This document shows, piece by piece, positions 1 through 12,949 of a stretch of 64,000 bases of DNA. The translations under genes were made by a program, and so were the position numbers. This stretch comes from Tubiluchus corallicola. Its lineage: Eukaryota > Animalia > Priapulida. Location: contig JAQGDQ010000651.1 in NCBI GenBank assembly GCA_030141605.1, positions 55,228 through 119,227 on the forward strand. Reading direction: 5' to 3'. The notes below the pieces were generated by a model. It did not search any database, had not been told where the DNA came from, and saw only the letters and a program-made list of their open reading frames with translations. Within the stretch, counting starts at the first letter, position 1; every line of letters begins with the position of its first letter.

Positions 1-165
1 TAACTTTGATGGCACATACCATGTACATGTCTTTACCATTTCCCTCCCTGTCAAAGTCGTTGTCGTCTCCAGATGGCAAGCGACTAAGGGCATTTGCATT
101 GCTGTGATCTGCTGTTTTCCGGTACTCGATGGAGTAGTCAAATTGGATTAGGCCACAGGGCCCAA
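1..165 (-). mobile_element. Gypsy/Ty3 LTR retrotransposon pol remnant (RNase H C-terminus)
   Basis: Minus strand reads QFDYSIEYRKTADHSNANALSRLP after a WAL motif, matching the Gypsy RNase H motif WAL..YDY.IEYR...H.NADALSRLP. Confidence 0.8.
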
Positions 166-189
166 TTAAAAATTAATTAAAAATTTTCT

Positions 190-415
190 TTTTATAGTCA
201 CATAAGTCTTTCAAGCAGGTAAGCGAAATGCTAAGTAATATAATTTTGCATGGAAAATTTTTGGGACATAGTTTAACATTGCCTTTTCTTCCCATGATTT
301 ACGTTGTGCGTTATGTAATGGCGCCGTCGGAACAGTGTTGCGGGAATTTTAAAATGAAAACAAACAAACTTTTAACGCGAGTACAATATACGCATAGAAT
401 TGGCAAAAAGTAATA
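190..415 (+). repeat. Partial copy of interspersed repeat family A (non-autonomous DNA-transposon-like)
   Basis: Core TGTAATGGCGCCGTCGGAACAGTGTTGCGGGA..TTTAAAATGAAAACAAAC recurs inverted at about 5040-5100 and direct at about 51075-51130. Confidence 0.8.
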
Positions 416-1599
416 ATAAGGCCTGCTTCACGTACCTATTTTCTTGTGCTTAAAGTGGGATAACGCTGCCTCACTTTTGTTTAGTTCCTGTTGCATGCGT
501 GTTAGTATAACGTCATCATTGTTCAGTTGCTCTTTTAAACGAGACATTTCAAGATTATTTTGCCATCTTTCCTTTTTTTGTTCGATGCACAAGAAGTATA
601 GTTGTTGACGTAAAGGTTCTATCTGCACATCATCCACCTCGACGTAATTGGGAAATGAAAGCTGTAGCTCCAGATTTATTTCTAGGTTAATCAGCTCAAT
701 TAGGTTGTTAACTTCTGTAGGGAATCCCCCAATGTCCTGCATGAGAAATTTTGTTTTATGTTTACAGTCATTCAGGTAAACAAGTCGGTAAACATACGTG
801 TATGACCAATTTTTGGCAACAGTAGACCCACGTTATGCTTAATTGATCTACAGTCACTTGAAGTTCCCGCAATTGGTGTTAAGAAGGGCGGTTCTAGCAT
901 GCTGGACATGTCATTATGAACTGCATCATTCTTGGTCACCCGCATCTTCAAAAATTTCCTCATCACGATCAGGTTGTACTTCCTTATGCAATTTAGAGTA
1001 GACAATCTGCAGAGTTTTTGGTAAATTTTCTGTGCTCCACTTCACATAACACCGTCCTTGTATAATAACTATTTCCTGTCTTGTATGTTTTTAGCCAAGT
1101 AACTTTTTTTGGAAAAGCTAATTCTCTAGCAATATTGGCAGTCTGGCGTGGTTAGTTCAGCGTCTTTTATGGCACTTAATTCAATGCTTTCCAGAACTCG
1201 GCTAGCAATGTGAATAATTTCAGCCCCTGTTAATTTGTGCCTTAACATAATTAGTCCACCTGTTGCTGTGGCGACTTCATTCTGGGGTTGATTATCAATA
1301 CACTTTTTCGTAAAATTATTAGGAAACTGTAGGTTAATTCTGTCTATTAAAACAAACTTACGACTTCGTCGCTTTTCGTTGTCTACATTCATCCCGCTTT
1401 ATCTTCTGTTGCGAGATGCTATCCGTGTTTGAACAGTTGATATCACCTTCCATAGTCGCCATCTTTACTTATTTTCCAATGAGTTAAAAACTCAGAAAAC
1501 ACTCACTGAGCCAGTTCGAATTACTTTTGATCCAAAAACTTATTCAATAATTTTTCTCCATCATCTCATTGATTGATTTAAAACGCTATTAATTGCCAG

Positions 1600-3400
1600 A
1601 ACTCATCAGTAATATCCATAAAACATAAAAACAGCAGAGACGTAATATTTACATGTTCTGACGTCACGAAGTTTTAAAGAATCATGGCGTGGAAATAACA
1701 CATTTAATGTTGTCAAGATAGCATCTTTTAATTTCACTTGATTGATCCAAATTATACATTAGACAATGTCCAAGATGCCACATTTCACGGTGCCATTTTA
1801 ATTGTACATCATTAAGTGACATTGGGGTTTTTATAATTTGACTTTCGCTGAACAAGACACACTTGGATTTTTCAATATTAAATATCATAGCATGTTTGAT
1901 GGCATATTTATCACAAATGTTCAACATCAGCTTCAGCGCAGTTAGCGATGGAGCAAGTAAAGTGACGTCATTAGCACATCCCAATGCACCTACAAATTCG
2001 TTTACAATATAGCACCCTACTTTAGATTGTTTAAGATTACATAATAATTCATCAATATAAACTGTGAATAAAACATCAGATAGTACTCTTCCTTATCTTA
2101 TTCCATTTGTGACAGAAAATTCATACGATTTAACTTTATTCCAACACACACAAACATCTTCTTTTAGGTATGAATCTATCAGAAGACCTAATAATGAATC
2201 CGGCAATTTGTTCTAATTTGGAAAATAATTTTAGAAGATTAACTCTGTCAAAAGCTTTTGAGCTGTACACAGGATTACCTTTTTTAGACATTATTTTATA
2301 GTGTCTTTTAGAACTAGGCGGCACAACCTGGGGGATAATTCTTTTTATAGGCAAACTGCAGATCTGTGCTCGTTAATTTATCACAAAATTTATTCATAAT
2401 AACATAGTCTGCCAGTTTAACTAAACAATAATCCCTCTATAATTAGACTTGATGTTTTGGCTAATATGCGGGTTTTTCACAGTTGAAATTATCGAGCTTT
2501 TGTATGGATTGCGCGGGTAATGGAAACACTCAATCATATTATTTATTAAGAAAGTCACGTGTTGAAATACTAAAGGCGATCCATTATTAATCGCCTTTGT
2601 GATCGGTAGGTTGTGATAACTATCTAAACCTACAGAGCCATCTTTTTTACCGCGTTTGATCATTTTAACTGCTTTTTTAACTTCGTTTAAAGATATCATA
2701 AATTTATCATTTTCACTATGAGAGCGGAAGTCCTTATATAATTACATGAGTTTAGACTTCTCAGTTCCAACGCTATCATATAATTGTTCAAAATCACGTG
2801 TAATTCAATTGCTATCGTCTTTGGTTCGCAAATACCTTCTATATTATTAACAACAGATTTGTGTGTTTGAGGCAATTTTTTTATTTCATCCAACAATTTT
2901 CTATTATTAGAACTCGAAGGAGACGTTGCTAATTTATTATTTCGAAGGATGTTTTGAGTTTTTACAATACGAAGGCGCCGTACATAACATATATAATCGA
3001 TGTTCGAGTGACACTTGTTAATAACAAATTCAACATTCTCCCTCTGGATAACCTTTTTAACATCTGTACTTGGTCAGTCGTTCTACTTAAATCGCAGTTA
3101 AAATCACTAGCTAGGAAAACAAAGCTATAATTACTTGCAATGTCAAAGACGTAACCAAGTTTCATAAAATTCAGGATGAGGATTAGTAACTGAGTAATTG
3201 TCGTTAGGCATATACACATTAACCAAACATATTACAACGGTTTTAAAGATTTCAATTTCAACGGTAGTAATTCGTTTTAAATAAATTTTGATTTCTTTAA
3301 CTTTAAGACAAGTTTTTCTTCTATACAATACCTGTTCCGCCGCATGGTCTATTTATTTTGACGATCTTATTATCAAAATCTGATAAAAACTCCCGTTACG
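1600..3400 (-). mobile_element. Degenerate APE-type non-LTR retrotransposon (endonuclease + RT)
   Basis: Fragments NVYMP, DFNCDL, SNYRGI, KAFDRVN, GCANDVTLLAPS (YADD motif), HLGH in broken ORFs. Same family as 42580-44950. Confidence 0.8.
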
Positions 3401-4929
3401 CGAATATTATGTTTTAAAAATACAACCTACATCTCTTGTGCCGTTTATATGTGTTGCTTGCTAGTGTTTTTAATGAGATGATTAAAACAGTAATTACAAA
3501 CCTAGTAAAGCATTTCGGAGTTCATCAATGAAGTCACTAGGCCTACTGCATTCCATCCAGCTATCGCAAACTATGTATCGAAAATATATCGCAACTATGA
3601 ACTCACTTGTCCTAAAAATTACATCACCACTAACGCGACGACACGCACTTGACAACACAGTAAATCATATTATTTCCTCTGCACCTCAAACATGATTTTG
3701 GATGCCCTCATTATAGCATAGCAGATTATAAACTACATATTTTTTCACGCGGTTATTACTACTGCCTGTATTTATGCTGCAAGCACTGACAACACCACGA
3801 GCCAGCGTGGCATGACAAGCTTCTTCTGCTCGCGCATTCAGATTAAGCTCATCCCAGGGAGCTGTCTACCTGCTTTAATTAACGATGTGCTCTGTTTACA
3901 CTTGGCATATAACTCAGCATTCTGTCACACTCTTTAATGAATAGTAACATGCGAATACAGCAATAATCGCCGCGCATGACTTCGTGTCTTCATCACAACA
4001 GTAGTTCCTGGCAAGCAGTAATAATAACCGAAGCGATATAGAGTGAATAAGGGAAAAATATAATCAATCCTCATAATATCAACGGACACAAGCACGATAA
4101 TTGTCAGAGTCATCAGGAGGAACCTGACCCAGGATTCGGAATTCGGTCGCTTTTTCTCTACTGCAAAACACCAATCCGTCAAACGCAGCAAACCTCGCTA
4201 CACACTTGCATCAAAAAGAAAGTTGAATATCTCTCCTAAAACAACACATTCAAACACACTCACAACGTTACAAAAATAGGGACCACAAAATTCTATATTG
4301 ATGAAACTGGGTGTGACAAAAACTCGTCTTAAAAGTCAAATTTGACGCAAAAACAAGTTTTTTTCAATAACAAGAGCTAATCATTACTTAAAGTTTGATA
4401 CTAGTTTTGTTAAATGTCATAGCTTCCTTCCTAAGTGGCATCTCCCCCCAAAACATTTAGTACGGTTTTGCTCGTGAAACTCGCACTTAGACTGTCTTAG
4501 CAACGGCTGCCTCGGATACCCTGACGCTGAATTTGCAAACAAATCTATATGGATCATTTGGAAGGAAATGGGCCAAAAACTAAAAACGGGTGGGTTGTCA
4601 CAGATGTTTTGCCAGTCTTGAAGAATAGTGGCTTGTTGTACATCAAATGACTGGTCTCGGCAAGATAAATTGAATGGTATAGGTTGGCCAAAGAATGGTA
4701 GACCCCTGTTCCAAGGTAACCGGTCAAAATGTTATACGTTTCTAGGTCATTGAAACGAAATGCATCACCTAGGTAATCAAGCATGGCGAATTTAACAATA
4801 GCGAAATTATGATCTTGAGACACAGGTCAAGGCAGCAAAGATTTTCTACGGTCGGCACTTGCAGTTTTGGTCATATTGCAGAATCTTAAGTTTATGGCTT
4901 GGTCATAATTATTTCTCTTGCGCTACAGC

Positions 4930-5485
4930 TTAAAGGACAAGAAAAGGGGTAGCTGAAATAGGTTTCAGAAAAATCGCCTTAAAAATTATATTACTTTACA
5001 GCAATTTTATACAGACATCGTGTTCGTGTTAAAAAGAATTTTTGTTTGTTTTCATTTTAAATCTCCCGCAATACTGTTCCGACGGCGCCATTACATGATG
5101 TCACTACGCAAACTTAAATCCGGGGAAGAAAAAGCAATGTTAAATTATGTCTCAAAAACCTTTCTATGCAAATTATATTACTTAGCATTTCGCTTACATA
5201 CTGGAAAGACTTTTATAACTAGAAATAACAATTTAAACTGTTTGTGCCAATTAGTAAAATGTCGCTGACTCACCGTTCATGGTGCGCCACTCACTAACCA
5301 AAAACGTATTTTTAATCCTATTGACAAGTAATTTAAAAATTTACTTAGTTAGCAGCATGTATGTGCTACGAATGCTCTGAATATTTTTTCAAATTTTACA
5401 CAGTGCTATCTAAACTTGTTTCAAACGACCTACCATCAAAATGGCTGCGCCTAACGGGAGTTTAAATTTATACGTTTTATACAGC
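4930..5485 (-). mobile_element. Repeat family A copy with TTAAAGG terminus (putative TTAA-targeting non-autonomous DNA transposon)
   Basis: Reverse complement aligns with 46200-46335 joined to 50951-51237. It ends in TTAAAGG at about 4931, as in Kolobok/piggyBac-type MITEs. Confidence 0.65.
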
Positions 5486-6259
5486 GTGACTGCTTGAAGC
5501 CCTGTATGTAAGTGGTATAAAATTTCAAGACGATTTTTTTAAGTTTTATGTAAGTGGAGGGTTTTCTTGTGCTTTAATAACTCGAAAACCATAGTACTTA
5601 AAGTCATGAAAAACTTGCACTGGCATTGACATGGGAACCGTTGACTTCAGGTCAAAGGGTTAAGGACACTGGACGGTTGCTGTTTTTTCGATTGCTCCTT
5701 CTAGGGTATGAGTTAAAATAAAATAAAAACAAATGACAAAGTGCTATTTACACAACCTTAGACTTGTTTTTATGAAATTTAAGAAGTTTATGAACAACGC
5801 CGCTGACTCATATGATTTCACATCATAATGATCTTTTTATTTTAATTTAATTCATTGATTATTTAAATTCATCTTTATTATGTAAAGAAACTTGCACAGG
5901 AAATTGTCTGTCAGTTCTAGTTTTAAAAAAATATTAGGTTTAATAATTGACACCACTGTTTTTTTTTCATTTTCAATTCTAAGATAAATTTTATCTTAAA
6001 TCGGTTACTACTAATTTAAATTTTGTTCGGTCCTTAAGAAAAATAGCACACGATTCCATGTTTAACCAAAAAAGTAATATTAATCCGCAAGCAGTTTGCA
6101 CTATTTCGCTACATGTACTATGGCTATCTGATAATAGCAATTGCTGAAATGAATTTAAGATGTAAATTATATGAATTCATTTTAATAAATAAGTATAGCT
6201 CTAGAATAATTCTCTAAATCAGTTTTTATTAAATTATGCTCAATTGAACATTACTTCAT

Positions 6260-6463
6260 TCATTCGACAAGCGAACAGCACTTAATAATGTTGTAAGTGT
6301 CAGAGTGGCAACCAAACTGGAACTGGCAGTCTGGATTTCTACCGGATCCACAAACGCCCACAATAACATCGGTCTCCTTATCACATATGAGATATTCTGA
6401 TTTTCCTGCACAACGATAGTAGCAACTCAAGCTGTTTATAGCTTTTTCCGAGTTGACTTCATT
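6260..6463 (-). CDS. Terminal exon of a small secreted cysteine-rich protein
   Basis: Polypyrimidine + TTTTGCAG acceptor, then phase-0 NEVNSEKAINSLSCYYRCAGKSEYLICDKETDVIVGVCGSGRNPDCQFQFGCHSDTYNIIKCCSLVE*. 8 Cys; AATAAA about 30 nt after the stop. Confidence 0.75.
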   Translation of the reverse strand, partial: NEVNSEKAINSLSCYYRCAGKSEYLICDKETDVIVGVCGSGRNPDCQFQFGCHSDTYNIIKCCSLVE

Positions 6464-7949
6464 CTGCAAAATTTAATGTAAAAAATTAATTTAAAAATTT
6501 ACAAAAAAGCTTTGAAATTTCCATTATTAAGCTGGGATACTCAGTACTGGTAAACAAAATTAGGTGTATAATCTACTTTGTGCGATGTTATTTCGCTGCC
6601 ATACGATGCGATAATCAATAGCAGTATGGAAACATGGATTCCTTGCCATAATAACTACGATAAAACGGGCTCTGATGTATACAAAATAGATAAGCACTTT
6701 TTTATTATCTTTTGCGTAGACAAATCACTGCTGATAGGTACTTCGCATACTTTGACAAATACTATTGACTGTACTGTATGACATATGCTTTTTGACTTTG
6801 AATTATATTGTTACTTGTGTTCTGAGAGATAATCCCCTGAGGGCGCTGGAGCCCACAAATTCACACACTAGCTTTTGCGCACGTCTGGTTTCGCTGCGCT
6901 AATTTTAATGCCTGCTTTCTAGGTTAATTGCTTTATGCTTTTGGTTTAATTAACACTTGTTTACTAAGGTACATAGATTTTGTTGAAGATTTCCCAAATA
7001 CCTGAATATACTTTATCAGTGAGTCATGTTTTTTACTGTTCATGCTTGGGTATACTTGTTATTTTATTTTCATTACTGAAATTTTGTAATTTTTATGCAT
7101 TTATATATTATCTTTCTTTTCTAGTTTTTGTGTGATTTAGTGTAGTATTAGATATAAACATTATGTTTGAAACAAAATGTTAAATCGAAATCTAAAATTG
7201 ACTATTCGTTGTTTCTTCTTCGTCTTTCTTTGCAATTGAGCTTTTGCTTTGAGGTTCCTCATCGTTCTTCATAGGTAGTAGCAGCAGCAGTAGTAGTTTA
7301 TTGACTATAAAATTATTATTTACAGTCTTTGACAGGGATAGCAGAATTGAAGCATTTTATAGTCCAAAATTTTCTACTTTTCAGAAAACAGCAACATTGT
7401 ACAAAGGTTAAAAAAGTTCAGAATAACAAACTTTCGTTCAGTAGCAGTAAAAAAATATATGATAATGACTGAGCTGAGCTTAAAAAATTTACAGAATTCT
7501 AACACTTCATTAAGATACTTGCAAAAATTCGGGTTTTTTCTTATTAATAAGCTTTTAGAAGATTAAAACGGATTTCATATGCAAAATTGCTATTCATAAT
7601 TGACATTGAGGATGTAAAGTATTCATTTTTGAATCTTCTAGTTTCAGCTGTTAAATGACAGTCCATCAAAATGTGCTTTTTGGATTTCTCCACAATTACA
7701 GAGTCAGTGTTTTCTATCTACGTTACGCCATCTATCAGTTTCAAATTTTAAATAGTAGGCCTGGAGTCTGAATCGCGTATATGCAATGCGGTACATCTCA
7801 GGTGTTGAATCTGGAATAACGAGTACTATTAAACATGAGCTGTGAACTCTTTCTCGTTTAGTTGAGTTACTATTTCTTAGGATATCTGCTAACAGAGATT
7901 GTTACTGCGCATACTACTCACTTACACTGATTCTAGGCAGTCCATTTAA

Positions 7950-10900
7950 ACATTTATACAAATCACTGTTGCAGAGTATTGCTATCTCGTATGCTTGAAG
8001 TAACGGCTGATGATTTTCTGGATTGGCTAGTATTTTTCGCCACATTTTAATTTGTCTACATTTCACCTACGTGGTGAAAAACGGATAACCAATCTCAGGA
8101 AATACAAGATCATTGCACATTGAACGGCTGACTGACAATAATGACTTAAGGACTTCCATATACGTTGCGTTTGGTATGTAGATTGGTGTTCCACCCTCTG
8201 AGCTGTTATAACAGCGCTATCTAAGACTTTTTTCTTAACACTACAAAAAATAAATAGTTCCTTGAGCGTCTCAAAGAATTGCTATTGGTCTTGGTGCCAA
8301 TAGAAAGTGTGATATTTACGGTTAAATTAAGTAGTGTTCAGCAAAGTGACCGGAACATTTTTGACATTGTGGCGATAATAGATGCAGAGGCCGAGAAAGC
8401 TATATGATGAAATTTATGAAAGGGTTGAGCCTTTCAGGGCGGCTTCATTTTGACAGGGTCAGTTTTATGCCATAATAATGTAGCTTAGATAAAATACTAA
8501 TTATTGGGTCAGCAGACACTTTCTAGAGCTGTATTTTAGACTGGCAGTACGGAGAAGGCTTCCTGTAAATGCTCTAAAAGAATAACCAGAGATGGTGATT
8601 TCATCAAGGTAAATGAGGATGATTCTCCATTAAAAGGTAGACAAAAACATTCCATTAAGCATTCAATTCAAACAAATTGAGCGTTGTAATGACCAAATGG
8701 CATAGTTACGAATTGCCCAGAGGCGTTGAACGAAAGTGGTCTCTTCCTTGTCACAGAGGTCTATGGCCACTTGATGATAATTCGGCGTAAAGTCAAGGAT
8801 GGAAAGCCATTCAGCACCAATTCGGTCTTTACTAATAGCAGCTTGAACCTTTCAATCTTAAAGGTACAAAAATGTTGAACTTGCATCGTCTTATGCTACC
8901 TGCTTCCTGTCATTGAAGTTTGGCCCATTGTGGCTCTTCCCATGTTCCTGGCATGATGTGCCTCTAATTCTAAAAAATCCTACAGGCAGGGGTGTTCGAG
9001 TTTCGGTATGGGACTGAGGTTCGGGTCGAGATTAATTGTTCGGAATTGAGGTTCAGCACGCTAATTGAGTTCGAGGTCCAGATTTTTCGAAGCTCGGGAT
9101 GAAGTGGTCACGATCAAGGTGCGGAGCGGGATCACAAATTCGGGATAGGGGTTCCCGATCCTGAGCCACATTATACATAATTATCAATAAAATGTAGATA
9201 AGGAAATTACAGTGAAAATAATACTGCCGGGCCTTAGTTATAGAAGCGTAGTATTTTGGACGAAAAAGGTGTTGTCTAGACAATGAGCAGGTCCACTCAC
9301 TCACACACACTGGCTGGTAAGATGCCAGCTACAAAAACAGTAATTGCCCTGCCATTCTACGTCTGAAAAGCTGTTATTTACTGTTGAGTATTAGAATTTA
9401 TTTTTTATTTATTCGTTACTGAAATTATCAACATAGTTAATAAACATGACATCATTCAAAACATATTTAGGGTGAATATATATAAAACAGGGCTATAAGT
9501 GTATTACCTCACTTTCCTTTGATGTCTGCGTAATCAAAATTTACACAGGCTGCATATTTTACTATGATACGTAAACATATTGGTAATATCACTTTGCTAT
9601 GAAATTTAAATATATGTTAAAAAGAGTAGTAATGTATAGACAAATCATACCCCAACAGAATAACTTAGTCTCTCTTACACAGCCGAATGCACACTCTCTG
9701 TACGTGCCATGAAAGACAATCATGCTATGACTTTAAACTACTTACAAACAGTAGTGATTTTAATAAAAATTTAATAATTTTAATAAAATAATAGTGGCTG
9801 TTAATCACGTTATGCAGCTCTAATTACTAAAATCCTCAAAAGCCTGAAATAAACATTTTTCAAATATTATAAGCTTTTGAAGTACGAAGTACGGGATGGA
9901 ACTGAACGTTCGGGGTTTAAGACAAATTCCGGATCGAGGTCTGGGGATCGGAATCGTGGCGTCCCCGAACCCGAACACCCTACCTACAACTAAATGACCT
10001 TGCTTTCTTTTGTCCCTCTTTTCGTAAGCAATCATCATCCTATTAATGTCCAGCCCCATCGCTTAAGGCCTACCTGGAATAAGCAACTGGATGCAGCTAT
10101 GGATGATATGCGTCTAAGCAATGTGTAATCGAATTTTCTTACGGCCTCTGTAGATGCTCTGTTTGTTGCAGAATGACTTTTTATCCAGTAACGGCATTCA
10201 AAGCATAGTAGACTATACAGCAACGACTACCGCCACCTTTTTGGTGGAAGACCATGGACGTCATGGAGGTTCTATTACACCTATCGCGCACATTTCACCG
10301 TGCATCAAACCGTGACGAAGTCGACTAGGTTGTGCTTTGATAGGAAGGCAAGAACACAATACTTATAGTGTGTTGAATCACGTTCACGCATCCTAAGTTG
10401 ATCGGTGCATAAGAAAATGGGTGATTATTTCTAAGTAAGAAAGCATATAGTCGTTTATACTGTTTAAAAAATGTGCTTTGCAGGCTTGAAGCAGTCTCTT
10501 TGAACTGATTCGGAAAGTTGTTCAAGTTTAGTTTACTTAGCTGAACGGAAGTCTCTAATTCTAACACGAGAAGCCATTACTGGTGAGCAAATGAAATTAC
10601 TTCACGAACACCACCGGCGCTATCTTTAAGTTAATCGCTAAGCGGGTGCCAGCTTCAATGTCATCCGAAGAATTTTAATAATTCAAACTGGGCTTCACGG
10701 CTTTCCCAAGAGGAAGATTTACCATCGAAAGAGGCAAAGAACAAAAAGAATCATCATCAAGTCGGTTTGTAGAACTTCCAGCAGTGCGACCAGCTACATT
10801 TTCGTGTGCGGGATTTGAACAAACGAAAGGAGACCGATTAGACTCGTCATGACTGCTTATAACCTCATAGAATAGGGTAACGGGACTACTGAGCCTCCGT

Positions 10901-11400
10901 AGTCACTCGAGCGGTTTGTAAAATGAACGCGAGGAGTATAAACCCAGGTACAGCAAAAAAGCTCACTTCTTGAATATTGATGCGGGGAAAGCGCGGAACC
11001 TGTAGTACTGATAGTGTCTGGAACTGTTGGGAGAAGAAGAAATTGAAACTGGCTTCTTGGCCAGAGCTTCATGTGTCTCAATTGCCCTTGATTTGCTTGT
11101 GTGGAAGAATCTAAAAGCGCATGAGAAATCGCCTTAGGTAAAGCTGTGACAACATTAAGGTTTGCAAACTGCTTGGTGAAGGAAGTTAGTTCGATCCGAA
11201 AAGAGCTGACATCAGCTGCGATACTTGAGTCAATGTTAAACTCGCCCTAAAAGGAAAACGCCATTATGATTATGAAAAACAGAGGTATTAGTTGACAAAG
11301 TAGGCGAAGACCTTGGTGCCGAAACCAGGCAATCAAGGTCACGCAAGACAGGTCTAGACTCAACAAACTGACATAACTGACCAAACAGACAGCAATGTAC
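7950..11400 (-). mobile_element. Degenerate Gypsy LTR retrotransposon pol, interrupted by a hAT-like MITE
   Basis: NLGCVNVIQHTI (post-protease linker, about 10370-10400), MPFG.YNA and IYLD-like RT motifs (about 8600-8710), RNase H-like fragments near 8000-8200. Many stops; boundaries approximate. Confidence 0.65.
8987..9982. mobile_element. Non-autonomous hAT-like DNA transposon
   Basis: Imperfect TIRs CAGGGGTGTTCGAG.. / ..CCGAACACCCTA with subterminal GTTCGG repeats. Flanking 8-mers CCTACAGG (8979-8986) and CCTACAAC (9983-9990) match 6/8. Confidence 0.65.
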
Positions 11401-12519
11401 GATACTTAGGTCGTATCAAGTGGGTCTTGGCTAATTGGGTCGCAAGTACATGCCAAAACAATTTCTTTGCAATCGTCATCTGCATAACTAGAAGCAGACT
11501 GTTCCTCAACACAGTGATCAGAGTTGAGACTCCCATCAAATGTAAAAGTTTCACTCTGAACAAGTGCTCTGCTCAGAACAGAAAAGTTCCGCAAGTTTAA
11601 CGAATATAAAGAATCCAAGTCAACTAAAGAAAACTCAGCAAACACCAGCAGGAACAGACAATGATCTTATCCATATTTCACTTCTGACACCAGTGTTTTG
11701 CCGTCGGGTTCTCGCCCCCAGGACAGTAACTGTTACAACAACACCTGTACAGTTTGAGCCAGGGGTATTGGTGGGCGAGAGACCTCTGTTCGAGTGCTAC
11801 ATCCTGAAATTAGATACTGAATCAAACGACAGTAATACATTAACCAGCTTTAAGAGAACGGCACAAGACCCGCCCATAGTGCTTGAGTAACTTACTGATT
11901 GATGAATAAAGGAGTAAAACTTTGAAACCAACTAACTTTTAACGTTTTGCATGTGAACGAAACTTTATGATCAAATTGAATAGTTGAATAAAAAAATAAA
12001 TAAAGAGCAATCTGCCCTTGAAGAATTACTAAACCATCACATAGACTCCTGAAACAGTTGATTGACAAGTCGTGGAAGGGCGGGAGTAGGTTTGTCCTGT
12101 TTGGCGCTTTGAAACTATCACCAGCAACCACTGAATGCAAAGAATCCGAATGCGGCACTTGTATTTACAGATTTCGCTCAGGTAATCACGCAAGTATTTA
12201 AATCTAAAGATTCAGAAAGTAGGACTTGTAAATTTCATGCAGGTAAGATTATTACATTAAAAAAAGTAAAAACGTTAAATATGAGCTTACTTTGAAAATA
12301 TATGATAACTATTACAAGATAAAAATAGTTCATACAAATAAAATGTTTTTCATGCAGCCTAAACAGTATTATTATTCCATTAACGTAGTTATTTATTTAA
12401 GTTTATTGACATTATTAAAATTACATGATCAAATCAATCACAAAAAACAATAGTAAAAATATGCGGATGACAATGTCTGTAACACTAATAATCATAGTTT
12501 CCTTGAAATTTATGGTACA

Positions 12520-12900
12520 AGAGAAATAGCAGGAAAATGGCCAAAACGTTATATTGGAACAGCGACAACAGTTCTTCAAAATGGAAAAATTTAAATCAGA
12601 AAAATGACAATAACATATGGCGTGCCGCAAGGCTTGATATTAGGGCCAGCCTTATTCCTCTTGTACATAAATGACATCTGTAAGTGTCTCAGATTTTTCA
12701 ATATATATTGTTTGCTGATGACACCAACATTTTCTGTTCTGGGTATGACATAAGCGAATTATGTGATATTATAAGTAACGAATTAACCGAATTACATGTG
12801 TGGTTTGCAATGAATTAACTATCTCTAAATCTCTCAAAAACAATTTTTATGATATTTATTCACAGAAAAATAAATGCTGATATTAGCATTTGTCTGATAC
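12520..12900 (+). mobile_element. CR1/L2-group LINE RT fragment
   Basis: GVPQGLILGPALFLLYINDI..LFADDTNIF..WFAMN*LSLNLSKT. Confidence 0.85.
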
Positions 12901-12949
12901 CGGCCTGTAATTAGAAACAGGTTGTCTGTCCCCAGATTTATGCAGAGGA

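Noticed and set aside
190-5230. Large DNA transposon with TIRs at about 190-400 and 5020-5230
   Set aside because: The family terminus (TTAAAGG at about 4931) faces inward and a third copy occurs at 51 kb, so these are independent copies in opposite orientation.
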